From positions 1 to 50,484 of the forward strand of contig JAEUGZ010000564.1 in the NCBI GenBank assembly GCA_016794725.1: a stretch of 50,484 nt of DNA, read 5' to 3'. Source of the DNA: Opitutaceae bacterium. Its GTDB lineage: Bacteria; Verrucomicrobiota; Verrucomicrobiia; Opitutales; Opitutaceae. Below are positions 1 to 9,894 of this stretch, in pieces. The notes below the pieces were generated by a model, which did not search any database, had not been told where the DNA came from, and worked only from the letters and a program-made list of their open reading frames with translations. The translations under genes were made by a program, and so were the position numbers. Positions within the stretch are counted from its first letter, which is position 1. The number at the start of each line of letters is the position of its first letter.

Positions 1-1
1 C

Positions 2-535
2 GCCAAGGTCTCGCGCCCCGGGGTTTGCAATGCCGCCGAACAATTGCTCGTGCACGCGTCGGCCGCGCCCGTGCTCCTCCCCCGGATTGCCGCCGCCTTG
101 GCGAGCAAGGGCGTCCAGCTCCGGTGCGACGCGCGGGCCTCGGCTGTGCTCGCCACCGCCACCGAGGTCCCCGCCGAACAGGTGGTTGCAGCGCAACCCT
201 CCGACTACACCACGGAGTTCCTCGATCTGGTCATCGCGGTCCGGGTCGTTGACTCGGTCGACGAGGCCATTGCCGTGATCAATCGTGACAGTTCCGCTCA
301 CACCGACGTCATTGTCACCCGCGACGAAGCCGCCGCCCGCCGGTTTCAGTCGGGCGTGGACAGCGCCGTGGTGGGATGGAATGCCAGCACCCGGTTCAAC
401 GATGGGTTCGAATTCGGCTTCGGCGCCGAAATCGGTATCAGTACCGATCGCCTGCACGCCCGCGGGCCCATGGGACTGCCGGAACTTTGCAGTTACAAAT
501 ACCTGATCGATGGGACCGGCCAAATTAGGACGTAA
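2..535 (+). CDS. proA: Gamma-glutamyl phosphate reductase, C-terminal part (5' end lies outside the window)
   Basis: The frame is open from the window edge. It reads [18 protein letters not shown]...HTDVIVT...[24 protein letters not shown]...HARGPMGL, with the catalytic Cys in the CNAxE context and a typical ProA C-terminus. Stop TAA at 533-535. Confidence 0.9.
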   Translation, partial: AKVSRPGVCNAAEQLLVHASAAPVLLPRIAAALASKGVQLRCDARASAVLATATEVPAEQVVAAQPSDYTTEFLDLVIAVRVVDSVDEAIAVINRDSSAHTDVIVTRDEAAARRFQSGVDSAVVGWNASTRFNDGFEFGFGAEIGISTDRLHARGPMGLPELCSYKYLIDGTGQIRT

Positions 536-668
536 GTCGCGGCCCGTGGATCTACCCATCCAAACTTTTATCAATTAACAATTTACTGAGTATCACGCGT
601 TCCGCCTCCCCTGCCTCTCTTCATTCCCCGCCGAACTTTCCCGGCGAAAAGGCGTCTACCATATTGCC

Positions 669-1280
669 ATGAACACATCCCCTCTCCTGCTGGCCCTCGT
701 GGCGATTCCCCTGCTTTCCGGTCCGGCCGTTCGGGCTCAGGCGGTGACCCCGCCGCCTCCGCCGGAGCGACCCACCGTGGAGGTCAGCGGACCCTCCAAA
801 CGACTCTCCCGGAACACCCTCAGCGCGGTCACCGCCGGCATTGCCTACGAAGCACCCACCCCAAAAAAGGCGGAAGAGAAAAAACCTGAACCCGCTGAAG
901 CCGAAGAAGAAGGTCCAAAGAACGGCATCATCCGGCTGCCCCAGTACATCGTGGAAGGGGACCGCCCACCCGTATTTCGTCCCAAGGATGTCAACACCAA
1001 GAAGGGACTCGGTCAAATCGCTGTTGACAAGTACTTTACGGAAACCGGTAAGGCCTTGAACCGCTTCACCATCCCGCTCTTCGGCATGAGCAAGGAACAG
1101 TACGCGCTGATGATGTGGGAAGAGGAGGAGCGCCTCAAAAACATGAAAAACGCCTCCGAAAACGTGTACCTGCTGCGCCAGACCGACCCCGCCGCGGCCG
1201 CCCAGCTCAAGCGCGAGGTGGACCAGACGTTTATTCGGCGCACCGAATTCTCGCCGATCAGCAACGGTCGGGACAAGTAG
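669..1280 (+). CDS. Secreted hypothetical protein with a Pro/Lys/Glu-rich N-terminal region
   Basis: ATG ORF with signal peptide MNTSPLLLALVAIPLLSGPAVRAQA and GC3-rich codons. I recognise no family. Confidence 0.6.
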   Translation: MNTSPLLLALVAIPLLSGPAVRAQAVTPPPPPERPTVEVSGPSKRLSRNTLSAVTAGIAYEAPTPKKAEEKKPEPAEAEEEGPKNGIIRLPQYIVEGDRPPVFRPKDVNTKKGLGQIAVDKYFTETGKALNRFTIPLFGMSKEQYALMMWEEEERLKNMKNASENVYLLRQTDPAAAAQLKREVDQTFIRRTEFSPISNGRDK

Positions 1281-1302
1281 TCTAGTTCAAGGCGAAGATG
1301 TC

Positions 1303-1328
1303 GCGACCGCATCAGGCGATGCGGTCGC
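1303..1328. terminator. Perfect 11-bp stem hairpin between two convergent genes, a candidate bidirectional terminator
   Basis: gcgaccgcatc-aggc-gatgcggtcgc lies between the stop at 1280 (+) and the gpmI stop at 1375 (-). The flanking U-tract is weak. Confidence 0.4.
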
Positions 1329-1374
1329 TCTTGCAGTCATACCGGTGCCGTGACGGCTCCCGGCGCTTTCGCCC

Positions 1375-2958
1375 TCACGCGACCACCAAACTCTGACCGG
1401 TCATTTCCGCGGGTTTGGGCAGTCCCATCAAATCCAGAACCGTCGGGGCAATGTCCGCCAGGCGTCCGCCGGTGCGCATGCGGGTCTTTCCGACCGCGTA
1501 CCCGGAACCCACGACAAACACCTCGACGAGGTTGAGGGTGTGCGCGGTGTGGGGAGAGTTGTTTTCAGGATCCCACATCTGCTCGCAATTGCCATGATCC
1601 GCACAGACCACTGCCCGCCCTCCCACACGCTCGAGCGCCTCAAGCAGCGTTCCTACGCCGACATCCGTCGCCTCCACGGCTTTGATCGCCGCCGGCAGTG
1701 ATCCGGTGTGGCCCACCATGTCGGGGTTCGCGAAGTTCACCACGATCAGGCCGTACTGGCCGGAGAGAATCGCTTCTTTCGCCAATCGGGTGACTTCGGG
1801 CGCCGACATTTCCGGCTGCAGGTCATAAGTCGGCACTTTGGGGCTGGCGGGACATGCACGCGCCTCACCGGGAAAGGGCTCCTTGCGGTAATTGTTGAAG
1901 AAGAACGTGACATGCGGGTTCTTTTCCGTCTCGGCGCACCGGAACTGACCGAGCCCGGCATCGGCTACCACTTTGCCCAGGATGTTCTTTAGGGCCTCGG
2001 GTTTTGGAGAAACCACATGCACTGGAAGACCCGCCTCGTACTCGGTCATCGTGGCATAGTAGAGGTCGAGCTTCGGCCCGCGGGCAAAATCGGCAAACCC
2101 GTCCATGACAAATGCCCGCGTGATCTCGCGGGGACGATCACCCCGATAATTGTAGAAGAGGACCGCGTCTCCGTCCCGCATCGTGGCCAACGGCTTTCCG
2201 GCGGCGTCCACCACCCACGTGGCGGGGACAAATTCGTCTCCCTTCTGCGTTTCGCTGAGCGGTTTTTGATAGTAGGAGCGGACCGCCTCCACGGCGGAGG
2301 TGGCTGTCGCCTCGGCTTTCTGGCCAGTGAGCATGAGGTACGCCTTGGCCACCCGTTCCCACCGGTTGTCACGATCCATGGCCCAAAAGCGGCCGCAGAC
2401 AGACGCAATACGACCAACCCCAATCGACCGGCACTGCTGCTCCACTTGCTCCACATACCCCGCTCCGCTGTTGGGGGGCGTGTCGCGTCCGTCGGTGAAC
2501 GCGTGAATATAGACCTCACTCAAACCTTCGATTTTCGCCTGACGCAGGATGCCGTACAGGTGTTCCAGCATGCCATGCACGCCGGCATCCGACACGATTC
2601 CCATCAAATGCAATCGGGAGCCGCGTGACCGCACCCGATCGACCGCTGCACGCCAGACCGGATTAGCCTCTAACTGTTTCTCGGAAAACAATTTATTCAG
2701 ACGCACCAACTCCTGGTCCACAATGCGGCCGGCTCCGATGTTCTCGTGACCCACCTCGCTGTTCCCCATGACGCCATCAGGCAGGCCAACATCCAATCCG
2801 GACGCCGCCACCAAGGTGTGCGGGTATTTCGCGTGGAGACGATCATCCGCCTGTTTCTTAGCCAAGTACACGGCGTTGAACGCGTTCTGCTCGGGATGGG
2901 GATTCTTGCCCCAACCATCGCGGATGATCAAAAGGACCGGAGTGCGCGGAGTGCTCAT
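1375..2958 (-). CDS. gpmI: 2,3-bisphosphoglycerate-independent phosphoglycerate mutase
   Basis: MSTPRTPVLLIIRDGWG..., GNSEVGHENIGAGR and ADHGNCEQM are iPGM hallmarks. I chose the internal ATG at 2958 rather than the ORF-track start at 3012. Confidence 0.93.
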   Translation of the reverse strand: MSTPRTPVLLIIRDGWGKNPHPEQNAFNAVYLAKKQADDRLHAKYPHTLVAASGLDVGLPDGVMGNSEVGHENIGAGRIVDQELVRLNKLFSEKQLEANPVWRAAVDRVRSRGSRLHLMGIVSDAGVHGMLEHLYGILRQAKIEGLSEVYIHAFTDGRDTPPNSGAGYVEQVEQQCRSIGVGRIASVCGRFWAMDRDNRWERVAKAYLMLTGQKAEATATSAVEAVRSYYQKPLSETQKGDEFVPATWVVDAAGKPLATMRDGDAVLFYNYRGDRPREITRAFVMDGFADFARGPKLDLYYATMTEYEAGLPVHVVSPKPEALKNILGKVVADAGLGQFRCAETEKNPHVTFFFNNYRKEPFPGEARACPASPKVPTYDLQPEMSAPEVTRLAKEAILSGQYGLIVVNFANPDMVGHTGSLPAAIKAVEATDVGVGTLLEALERVGGRAVVCADHGNCEQMWDPENNSPHTAHTLNLVEVFVVGSGYAVGKTRMRTGGRLADIAPTVLDLMGLPKPAEMTGQSLVVA

Positions 2959-3107
2959 GAGTGAAGGTGGTTGAACCAACCGACAGGCATGGACGCCCCG
3001 GTTGCCCGACAAAAGGCTAAACTCACTGCACCTTTTGTGCTTCTTGAGCTAATTTCTGAGCCGCCCGCGACGAAATTGGCAATGGCGATGCTCTAACGAG
3101 TCCCTCG

Positions 3108-3425
3108 ATGACCCTCATCATACGAGACCTTCTGGTGAACCCTCCCACGTGGTTCCTGTCGTTCCGGGACCTCACGCTCTATTGCAATGTTTTCCTGAAA
3201 TCCGACATCGTCATCGAGTCGGAGGACCCCGACCTCTACTACCGCTGGATCAAGCCGCGCGGAGGCATGGACTTCATCGAGGATTTTGTCCGCCCGGGAT
3301 CCGAAGACGGCCTGCGGCTGGATGTGGAGCACAATTACCCGCGTTCGCTGGTGACCGACCGAATCGCACCAGAAAATGTCCATCGGCTCATCGCGATGAT
3401 TCGCGGTTGCCAGGGCGCCGCCTGA
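3108..3425 (+). CDS. Hypothetical protein (105 aa)
   Basis: It shows a strong G/C third-position bias in this frame and lies 65 nt upstream of hemH on the same strand. The overlapping minus-strand ORF 3093-3539 looks like an antisense shadow. Confidence 0.5.
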   Translation: MTLIIRDLLVNPPTWFLSFRDLTLYCNVFLKSDIVIESEDPDLYYRWIKPRGGMDFIEDFVRPGSEDGLRLDVEHNYPRSLVTDRIAPENVHRLIAMIRGCQGAA

Positions 3426-3489
3426 AGCGACTCCCGGGCGTGGAGCTCGTTTGACTCCGACGCAAAACGCCGCCCCCATAGGGCTTCGC

Positions 3490-4563
3490 ATGTCCAAACG
3501 CGCTGTCCTGTTGGTCAACCTCGGCTCGCCCGATTCCACCTCCGTCCCCGACGTCCGTCGCTACCTTCGCGAGTTTCTCGGCGATGAGCGCGTCCTCGAC
3601 CTGCCCGCGGCCTTTCGCTGGATGCTGCTGGAGGGCATCATTCTGCGCACCCGCCCAAAGAAATCCGCCCACGCCTACGAGGAGATCTGGACCAAGGACG
3701 GCTCCCCGCTTGTCCTGACGTCAAAACGCGTTGCCCAGAAACTCGCTTCCGCCCTGGGGCCCACGACGCCTGTTTATTTGGCGATGCGTTATGGCAGTCC
3801 GTCGGTCGCCAGCGTGATTGAAGCGATGGCCAAGAACGGCATCACCGAGGTTCTGCTCTTTCCCCAATACCCACACTACGCCATGTCCTCGTGGGAAACG
3901 GTCGTCGTTAAGGTGTTCGAGCAGGCAGCCAAGCTGGCACCTAAACTGAAGATCGACTCGGTGCATCCCTTCTACGCCGACGCCGACTACATCGAGGCCC
4001 TCTACCAGGTCTCCGCACCCTATTTCGCCCAACCCCACGATCACATTCTGTTTTCGTATCACGGCATTCCCGTTCGTCACCTGCGCAAGGCGGACTCATC
4101 CAAGGCGCACTGCACCCTCGTGCCCGACTGCTGTACGACCTGTTCCCCCGTGCACAGCACCTGTTACAAGGCGCAGGTTCTCGCCACGACCCGGGCCCTC
4201 GTGCGGCGCGCGGCCATCCCGGCCGAACGCCACTCGGTCTCTTTCCAGTCCCGACTCGCCGGCGAACCCTGGCTGACCCCCTACACGGACTTTGAGCTCA
4301 AGCGCCTGCCGCAGGAGGGACGCAAGCGGATCATTGTCATGACTCCGGCCTTTGTCGCTGACTGCCTCGAAACCCTGGAGGAAATTGCCGGGGAAGGCAA
4401 AGAGGACTTCCTGGCCGCGGGAGGAGAACACTTCCAGCACGTGCCGTGTCTCAACGACCAGGCGCCGTACATTGACTTCCTGGCCGGCCGCGTGCGCGCC
4501 TGGCTCGACCGGGCGAGTCCCACCGCCACCCACGTCCGGCAGGCCGCCGCGATCGCGGTCTGA
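3490..4563 (+). CDS. hemH: Ferrochelatase
   Basis: RAVLLVNLGSPDS...VRRYLREFLGDERV, FPQYPHYA, LFSYHGIP and LTPYTD are ferrochelatase blocks. Start taken at MSKRAVLL (ATG 3490). It contains a 5-Cys insert (see findings). Confidence 0.9.
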   Translation: MSKRAVLLVNLGSPDSTSVPDVRRYLREFLGDERVLDLPAAFRWMLLEGIILRTRPKKSAHAYEEIWTKDGSPLVLTSKRVAQKLASALGPTTPVYLAMRYGSPSVASVIEAMAKNGITEVLLFPQYPHYAMSSWETVVVKVFEQAAKLAPKLKIDSVHPFYADADYIEALYQVSAPYFAQPHDHILFSYHGIPVRHLRKADSSKAHCTLVPDCCTTCSPVHSTCYKAQVLATTRALVRRAAIPAERHSVSFQSRLAGEPWLTPYTDFELKRLPQEGRKRIIVMTPAFVADCLETLEEIAGEGKEDFLAAGGEHFQHVPCLNDQAPYIDFLAGRVRAWLDRASPTATHVRQAAAIAV

Positions 4564-4599
4564 CCCACCCCACCGCCTCCGACCCCGCCCGTATCCAGC

Positions 4600-7302
4600 A
4601 TGAGCGGACGCAACCTTCCTCCATCGGGGACTTCGGTCCAGGCGGCGGATCCGGCCTGGTTCTGGCTGGGGCGCGACGGCCTGATCCGTGCCAGCACGTC
4701 CGCGGCCGCGGTCCTCGGCGTCACCGATGCCGCCGCCCTGGTCGGCACGCCCCTGGTCAGCCACCTGGCCTGGGACATCACTTCCCAGGAGCCCGACTGG
4801 CAGCTGGCGCAATGGGAGGTACTGCTCGCCGCCGCTTCCGATCTGGACCTGAAGGTCGCCCCCCAGTCCGCACCGGAGACCGAGCTGGTCCTCCGTCTGC
4901 GCCCGGGGACCGGTCCGGACGGGGGCTATTTCGCCACCCTCGCCCCCACGCCGCCGCGCACGCTGCCGGAGGGTTCGGACCTTCTCGCGAGCTGGCTGGA
5001 AAGCGACGCCCCGGCCGGGCTCTTCAGCCTGCACTTCCAGCAGGGAAAGAGCCGCTTTTCCGCCTCGTTGAAACGTCTTTTCGGATACGCCGACCACGAA
5101 CTCCCTGAGACCTACGAGGCCTGGCAGGGGTTGCTGCACCCGGAGGACTCCGCCGCCTCCCCGCACCGGGTCTCGAAGCGCCCGCCCGCGCCGGGCACGC
5201 GGCCCCTCTTTCTGGAGTTCCGGATGCGTCACCGTGACGGCCGGTACCTTTGGATGCAGTGCCTCGGCCAGCAGGTGTTCGGCCCGTCCGGGGACCTGGT
5301 GCAGACGCACGGGGTGCTTTTCGACATCACCGAGCGCAAGGAGCTGGAGGAGGAGTCCGTGGCCGCGGCCGACCGCCTGCGCCGCATCTCCGAACACGGC
5401 CAGCTCGGGCTCTTCGACCTCGATTTCGGCGCGCAGCAGTATTGGTTTTCTGATACGTGGCGCCGGCTTCTGGGTGTGCCTGACGCCCCGTCTGAACCCG
5501 AGAGCGACCCCCTGTCCCCGCTCCTCGATGCGCTCCTGCCCGGCCGCGCCCCCGCCGGCATTTCAACCTGGCTGACCCAGTACCGTCCCGACGAGGAACC
5601 GCTGGTCGAGGCCACCACGCTCCTGCACCGGAACGGCCAGGTCATTCCGGTCCTCTTCGGCGTCGCCCGGCAGTTCACGCGACGGCGCGACCTGGCCCGG
5701 GTGGTGGGCTTCGCCCTCCCGCTCTGCGGGGATGCCGAACGGATGCGCAGCGGTTCAGCCCTGCCACCGCCGCACCTGGTGGGCGCGCTGCTCGATGCCC
5801 TGCAGGAAGCCATCATCGTGGCCGACGCCGAGGGCACCGTGGTCTACATGAACCGCCGGGCGGAACGGCTGACCGGGCGCTCGCCCCGGACCGATGGGGT
5901 CCTGACCATCAGCCAGGCTTTCCCTTTGGTCCGGCGCATCGACTATCAGGCCGACCACGACGCGGTCAGCCTGCACCTCGCTTCCCCCGAGGCCGGACGA
6001 CTGCGGACCGAACACGCCCTCGCACCATTGCCGGATCGCAGCGAACCCCTTCCCATCCTGTGGAGCGCACACCAGAGCTGGGACAGCGAGGGCCGGATCG
6101 CCGGGGCCATCATTGTCTTCCGGGATCCCCGGGAGATGTCGCTCACCCCCGAAGAGCTGTTGCGCGCCAACCGGCTTGAGTCGCTCGGGCAGCTCGCAGG
6201 GGGCATTGCCGCCGACTACACCAACCTGCTCACCACAATCCTCGGGGCGATCTCTCAGGCAAAGGAGAATCGGGACTTTTCGCACCTGGCCAACGCAGAG
6301 AAGGCCTGCCTGGAAGCCACGACCCTGTCACGGCAGCTCATCGCCTTTGCCACCGAAACCCCCGGCGCACGGCGTGCCCAGGGCCAGGTTGACGATCTGC
6401 TACGCGACGCCGTACGCATTGCCGCGACGGGCTGCCTCGCCTCGATCGGAATCGACGTGCCTGACAACCTGCCTCCCGTCGAGGTTGACCGCGGTCAAAT
6501 GCTGCAGGTCTTCCAGAATCTCGTGCTGAACGCGATTCAGGCACTGCCCAAGGACGTCGGCGCAGGCCGCATCCGCCTGCAAGCCCGTGCCGTCACCCTG
6601 GCTGAAGGCGAAGTGCCACCTCTCGCAGTCGGCCGGTATGTTCAGATCGATGTCCAGGACAATGGCTGCGGCATCGCTCCCGAAAACCTGGAACGGATCT
6701 TCACCCCGTTCTACACCACCAAATCGCACGGCACCGGCCTCGGACTGGCCACTGTGCTCTCGATCGTCCGCCGGCACGGAGGCCAGGTCTGGGTCTCCTC
6801 GCTCCCCGACGCCGGCTCCACGTTCACGGTCTACCTTCCCGCGGCCGCCACGCCCGCAGAGCCCGCGGCCCCCCGGCTACCGTCGCTCCCCTTCGGCACG
6901 GGACGGGTGCTGTTCATGGACGACGATCCTCATATCAGCGCCCTGACCGCGAGCATGCTGCAGAGCCTCGACTACACCTTCGATCTCGCGCGGGACGGCG
7001 AGGAGGCGCTCTCGCTCTACCGCCGCTATCTCAATGTCGGGCGTCCTTATGACGCCGTCATCATGGACTTGACCGTGATCGGCGGCATGGGCGGCGAGGA
7101 GTGCCTGCGCCGCCTGCGCGAACTGCACCCCGAGGTGCGCGCGCTCGTCTCCTCGGGCTACGATGACCCGGTGCGACGGCGTCACTTCGCGGACATCGGA
7201 TTCTCCGGCTTTCTCGCCAAACCCTACCGGGTCGGTGACCTCGGCAATGCCCTCAAGGCAGTCATTGGCGACCGCTCGCCCCCGTTTTCGCCGCCCTCCT
7301 GA
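4600..7302 (+). CDS. PAS-domain hybrid sensor histidine kinase/response regulator with a degenerate H-box
   Basis: PAS-like repeats are present (RHRDGRYLWMQ..GVLFDITERK). The DHp reads ESLGQLAGGIAADYTNLLTTILG. The N-box (NLVLNAIQA), G1 (DNGCGI), F (FTPFYTTK) and G2 (GTGLGLA) are intact. The C-terminal REC has DDD, MDLTV and KPY. Confidence 0.85.
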   Translation: MSGRNLPPSGTSVQAADPAWFWLGRDGLIRASTSAAAVLGVTDAAALVGTPLVSHLAWDITSQEPDWQLAQWEVLLAAASDLDLKVAPQSAPETELVLRLRPGTGPDGGYFATLAPTPPRTLPEGSDLLASWLESDAPAGLFSLHFQQGKSRFSASLKRLFGYADHELPETYEAWQGLLHPEDSAASPHRVSKRPPAPGTRPLFLEFRMRHRDGRYLWMQCLGQQVFGPSGDLVQTHGVLFDITERKELEEESVAAADRLRRISEHGQLGLFDLDFGAQQYWFSDTWRRLLGVPDAPSEPESDPLSPLLDALLPGRAPAGISTWLTQYRPDEEPLVEATTLLHRNGQVIPVLFGVARQFTRRRDLARVVGFALPLCGDAERMRSGSALPPPHLVGALLDALQEAIIVADAEGTVVYMNRRAERLTGRSPRTDGVLTISQAFPLVRRIDYQADHDAVSLHLASPEAGRLRTEHALAPLPDRSEPLPILWSAHQSWDSEGRIAGAIIVFRDPREMSLTPEELLRANRLESLGQLAGGIAADYTNLLTTILGAISQAKENRDFSHLANAEKACLEATTLSRQLIAFATETPGARRAQGQVDDLLRDAVRIAATGCLASIGIDVPDNLPPVEVDRGQMLQVFQNLVLNAIQALPKDVGAGRIRLQARAVTLAEGEVPPLAVGRYVQIDVQDNGCGIAPENLERIFTPFYTTKSHGTGLGLATVLSIVRRHGGQVWVSSLPDAGSTFTVYLPAAATPAEPAAPRLPSLPFGTGRVLFMDDDPHISALTASMLQSLDYTFDLARDGEEALSLYRRYLNVGRPYDAVIMDLTVIGGMGGEECLRRLRELHPEVRALVSSGYDDPVRRRHFADIGFSGFLAKPYRVGDLGNALKAVIGDRSPPFSPPS

Positions 7303-7316
7303 GTCGCTCCCTCGCA

Positions 7317-7961
7317 CTACCCGCGCCAGGTGAACGCATGGCAGAGCGCCACGCCGGCCGCATCCGCCTCGTCGGGCGCCAGCGTCCGGCCATGTCCGAG
7401 CAGAGCCATGACTGTCCGGGCCATCTGCTCCTTGCTGGCCCGGCCCGCGCCGACCACCGCCTGCTTGACCCGCAGTGGGGGATATTCGAATACGTCCTTC
7501 GACCGCAATGCCGCCGCCGAGATGGCCGCCCCGCGCGCGGCCCCGAGGATCTGGGCGGTCTGGAAATTCTGCACAAAAATCGTCTGCTCCAATGCGACGT
7601 GCCGGACCTCGAAATCGGCGAGAAAGGCTGTCACCGCCCGGTGGATCTCCCCCAGGGCATAGGCCATCGTCTCCCGCGGCGAGACCTTCACCGTCTGACA
7701 GCGGAGCAGGACCGGCGCGCGACCGGAGGTGAATTCGATCATGGCCAGTCCCGTGCCCCGCAACGACGGGTCAACGCCGAGCACCAGCCCGTTGAACGGC
7801 GTTCGCTGCAGGGACAGCGCCGGCTGCAGCTCAGCCCGCCGTCCACCCCCTGCCCGCGGCACCCCCGCCTCCACCGGGAGGCCCGCCAGCTTCGCCGCCC
7901 ACATCTGTCGCACGGTCATGCGCGCCATGGCCCGCCTTTCTTCCCGTCTGAAACTCGCCAC
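7317..7961 (-). CDS. ruvC: Crossover junction endodeoxyribonuclease RuvC (start codon uncertain)
   Basis: LVLGVDPSLRGTGLAMIE..., a KVSP-containing segment and DEADAAGVALCH at the C-terminus are RuvC-like. The roughly 55 aa upstream of the GVDPS motif may not all be translated. Confidence 0.8.
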   Translation of the reverse strand: MASFRREERRAMARMTVRQMWAAKLAGLPVEAGVPRAGGGRRAELQPALSLQRTPFNGLVLGVDPSLRGTGLAMIEFTSGRAPVLLRCQTVKVSPRETMAYALGEIHRAVTAFLADFEVRHVALEQTIFVQNFQTAQILGAARGAAISAAALRSKDVFEYPPLRVKQAVVGAGRASKEQMARTVMALLGHGRTLAPDEADAAGVALCHAFTWRG

Positions 7962-8047
7962 ACCTGCAGGGGCGCTTCGTCCCGCCGAGGATCTGCCACA
8001 GTCGTGTCCATTCGTGTCACTTCGTGGTTCAATGGCATCCTTCCGTC

Positions 8048-8803
8048 CTAGGACAACATCAGCTTGAGTCCCGCGACTGCCGTCAACGACAGCGTGATCA
8101 CCTCAAACCAGCGTTGATTGATGCGATGCACCAGCCAGCGACCGGCCAGGGCGCCCACTCCAACCGCCGGCGCGAGGACGAGGTTGGTCATGAGGCTCGG
8201 CCCGTTGACGAGGCCCAGGTGAACCATGAAGGGGACCTTGAACAGGTTCAGTAGCAGGAAATACATCGCAGCGGTGCCAAGGAATTCGAGTTTGGGCAAA
8301 CGCAGGGCGAGCAGGTAAATGGACATGAGCGGTCCGGCTGCATTGGCGATGAGGGTGGTGAACCCGGCGAGGATTCCTGTGCCTGCCACGATGGGCGCCG
8401 GGGGCCCCTTCTCTTTCCACTTCTCCTCCGCCTTTCCTCCTTGGCTGCGTCGCCACAGGTGCAGGGCCATCAAGACGACAATGATTCCGCCCACGAGCAC
8501 ACGCGCCTGCTGATTATCAATGCGGTCCATGGCAAAATAGCCGAGCAACACACCCAGCCCAGCCCAGGGAAATAATCGCAGCAATTGCGGCCACTGGGTG
8601 TGCCGTCGATAGGACGCCACCGCCACCAGGTCGCCAAAGATCAGCAATGGAAGCACCAGGCCGGTGCCCTGCTTGGTCGGAAGGACATTGGCAAAGATGG
8701 CAATGAAGAGGGTCCCGAGCCCGGCCACTCCGGTCTTGGCCATGCCCACCAGCACGGCCCCCGCCACGAGAAGCGCCCATTGCCAGGGCTCGAGTTGCAT
8801 CAT
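8048..8803 (-). CDS. TauE/SafE-family anion exporter, a membrane protein
   Basis: It is polytopic and hydrophobic, with ALLVAGAVLVGMAKTGVAGLGTLFIAIF and a second half-repeat GILAGFTTLIANAAGPLMSIYLL. ATG 8803 lies 2 nt after the recF stop. Confidence 0.8.
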   Translation of the reverse strand: MMQLEPWQWALLVAGAVLVGMAKTGVAGLGTLFIAIFANVLPTKQGTGLVLPLLIFGDLVAVASYRRHTQWPQLLRLFPWAGLGVLLGYFAMDRIDNQQARVLVGGIIVVLMALHLWRRSQGGKAEEKWKEKGPPAPIVAGTGILAGFTTLIANAAGPLMSIYLLALRLPKLEFLGTAAMYFLLLNLFKVPFMVHLGLVNGPSLMTNLVLAPAVGVGALAGRWLVHRINQRWFEVITLSLTAVAGLKLMLS

Positions 8804-8805
8804 GA

Positions 8806-9894
8806 TCACGGTGACTCCGTCCGGGCAAACGTACCCTTGGCAACCGTAATCACATTCCAAGGGAGCGGATCCGACTCCGGTAGCGTCGTTCCCGTCGCCA
8901 ATATCTGCCACTCCGGTTCAATGGCCTCCCAGAATCTCGCCCGGCGACCCGGATCCAATTCACCCAGCACATCATCGGCGAGCAGGACCGGCGCCACCCC
9001 GGTGCAGGCCTGAAACCAGTGGGCTTGGGCCACTTTGAGCGCGAGGACGAGGCTGCGCTGCTGGCCCTCCGAAGCCACGTCCCGGGCCGGGCGTCCGTCC
9101 AATGCAAATTCCAAATCGTCCCGATGGGGTCCGGTCAGCGTGGATCGAAACTGGACATCACGAGCCCGGCCTGCGGCCAGGGCCTGCAGCCACGTCCGCT
9201 CATCCGATGTCGCCAGGTTGGGTGCATAGGCAAATCCCACCGTCTCCGGACTGCCCGGGGTGGCGATGCGACCGTAGGCACGCACCACGTGGGCGGTCAG
9301 TCGCTCGAGCCCGCTGACCCGGTCTTGCATCAATCGGCATCCCGCCTGCGCCAGAGGCCGCTCAAAGGCCGCCAGCTCCGCCGTCGAGGCCGCTCGCTTC
9401 AGCAACGCATTTCGTCCCGCGAGGGAGCGGTGATAGGTCTGCAGCGTCTGGAGATAGGCCGGATCCGTCGCCGCCAGCGTCAAGTCCAGCCATCGGCGGC
9501 GTCCGCCGGGAGCACCTCGGATCAACTGCTGGTCCTGCGACGAAAACACCACCGTGGGAAATCGCCCAAGGATGTCACCCAGTTTGACCACCCGCTCCTG
9601 ATCGACGGTCACCTCTTTGCTGCCGCTGCGCACGCGGACCGTGACACGGGTGGCGCCGGCGCGTTCATGGTCGAGCTCGAAGGCCAGTGCCGCCTCCGTC
9701 TGACCATGCGCAATCAGCATTCGCGCGTCATGGGTGCGAAAGGAACGCAGCGCCGTCAGAAAACCGACCGCCTCCAGGAGGTTTGTTTTCCCTTGTCCAT
9801 TCGGACCAATGAAAAACTGACGCGTCCCGGCCAGCTCGAGGTCGGCCTGGGGGATGTTGCGAACGTGTTGAAGGAGAATCCGGCGCAAACGCAT
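8806..9894 (-). CDS. recF: DNA replication and repair protein RecF
   Basis: MRLRRILLQHVRNI..., Walker A GPNGQGKTNLLEA, the SGGQQR-like signature EGQQRSLVLALK and LLADDVLGELD. Start taken at ATG 9894. Confidence 0.9.
   Translation of the reverse strand: MRLRRILLQHVRNIPQADLELAGTRQFFIGPNGQGKTNLLEAVGFLTALRSFRTHDARMLIAHGQTEAALAFELDHERAGATRVTVRVRSGSKEVTVDQERVVKLGDILGRFPTVVFSSQDQQLIRGAPGGRRRWLDLTLAATDPAYLQTLQTYHRSLAGRNALLKRAASTAELAAFERPLAQAGCRLMQDRVSGLERLTAHVVRAYGRIATPGSPETVGFAYAPNLATSDERTWLQALAAGRARDVQFRSTLTGPHRDDLEFALDGRPARDVASEGQQRSLVLALKVAQAHWFQACTGVAPVLLADDVLGELDPGRRARFWEAIEPEWQILATGTTLPESDPLPWNVITVAKGTFARTESP

Noticed and set aside
3093-3539. A 148-aa minus-strand ORF competes with the 105-aa + strand ORF upstream of hemH.
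   Set aside because: The third-position G/C bias favours the + frame. The minus ORF would also run into the hemH start region.
4096-5397. A 433-aa minus-strand ORF overlaps the end of hemH and the start of the kinase gene.
   Set aside because: It is Arg/Gly/Pro-rich with no motifs. The + strand frames have clear ferrochelatase and PAS-kinase homology.
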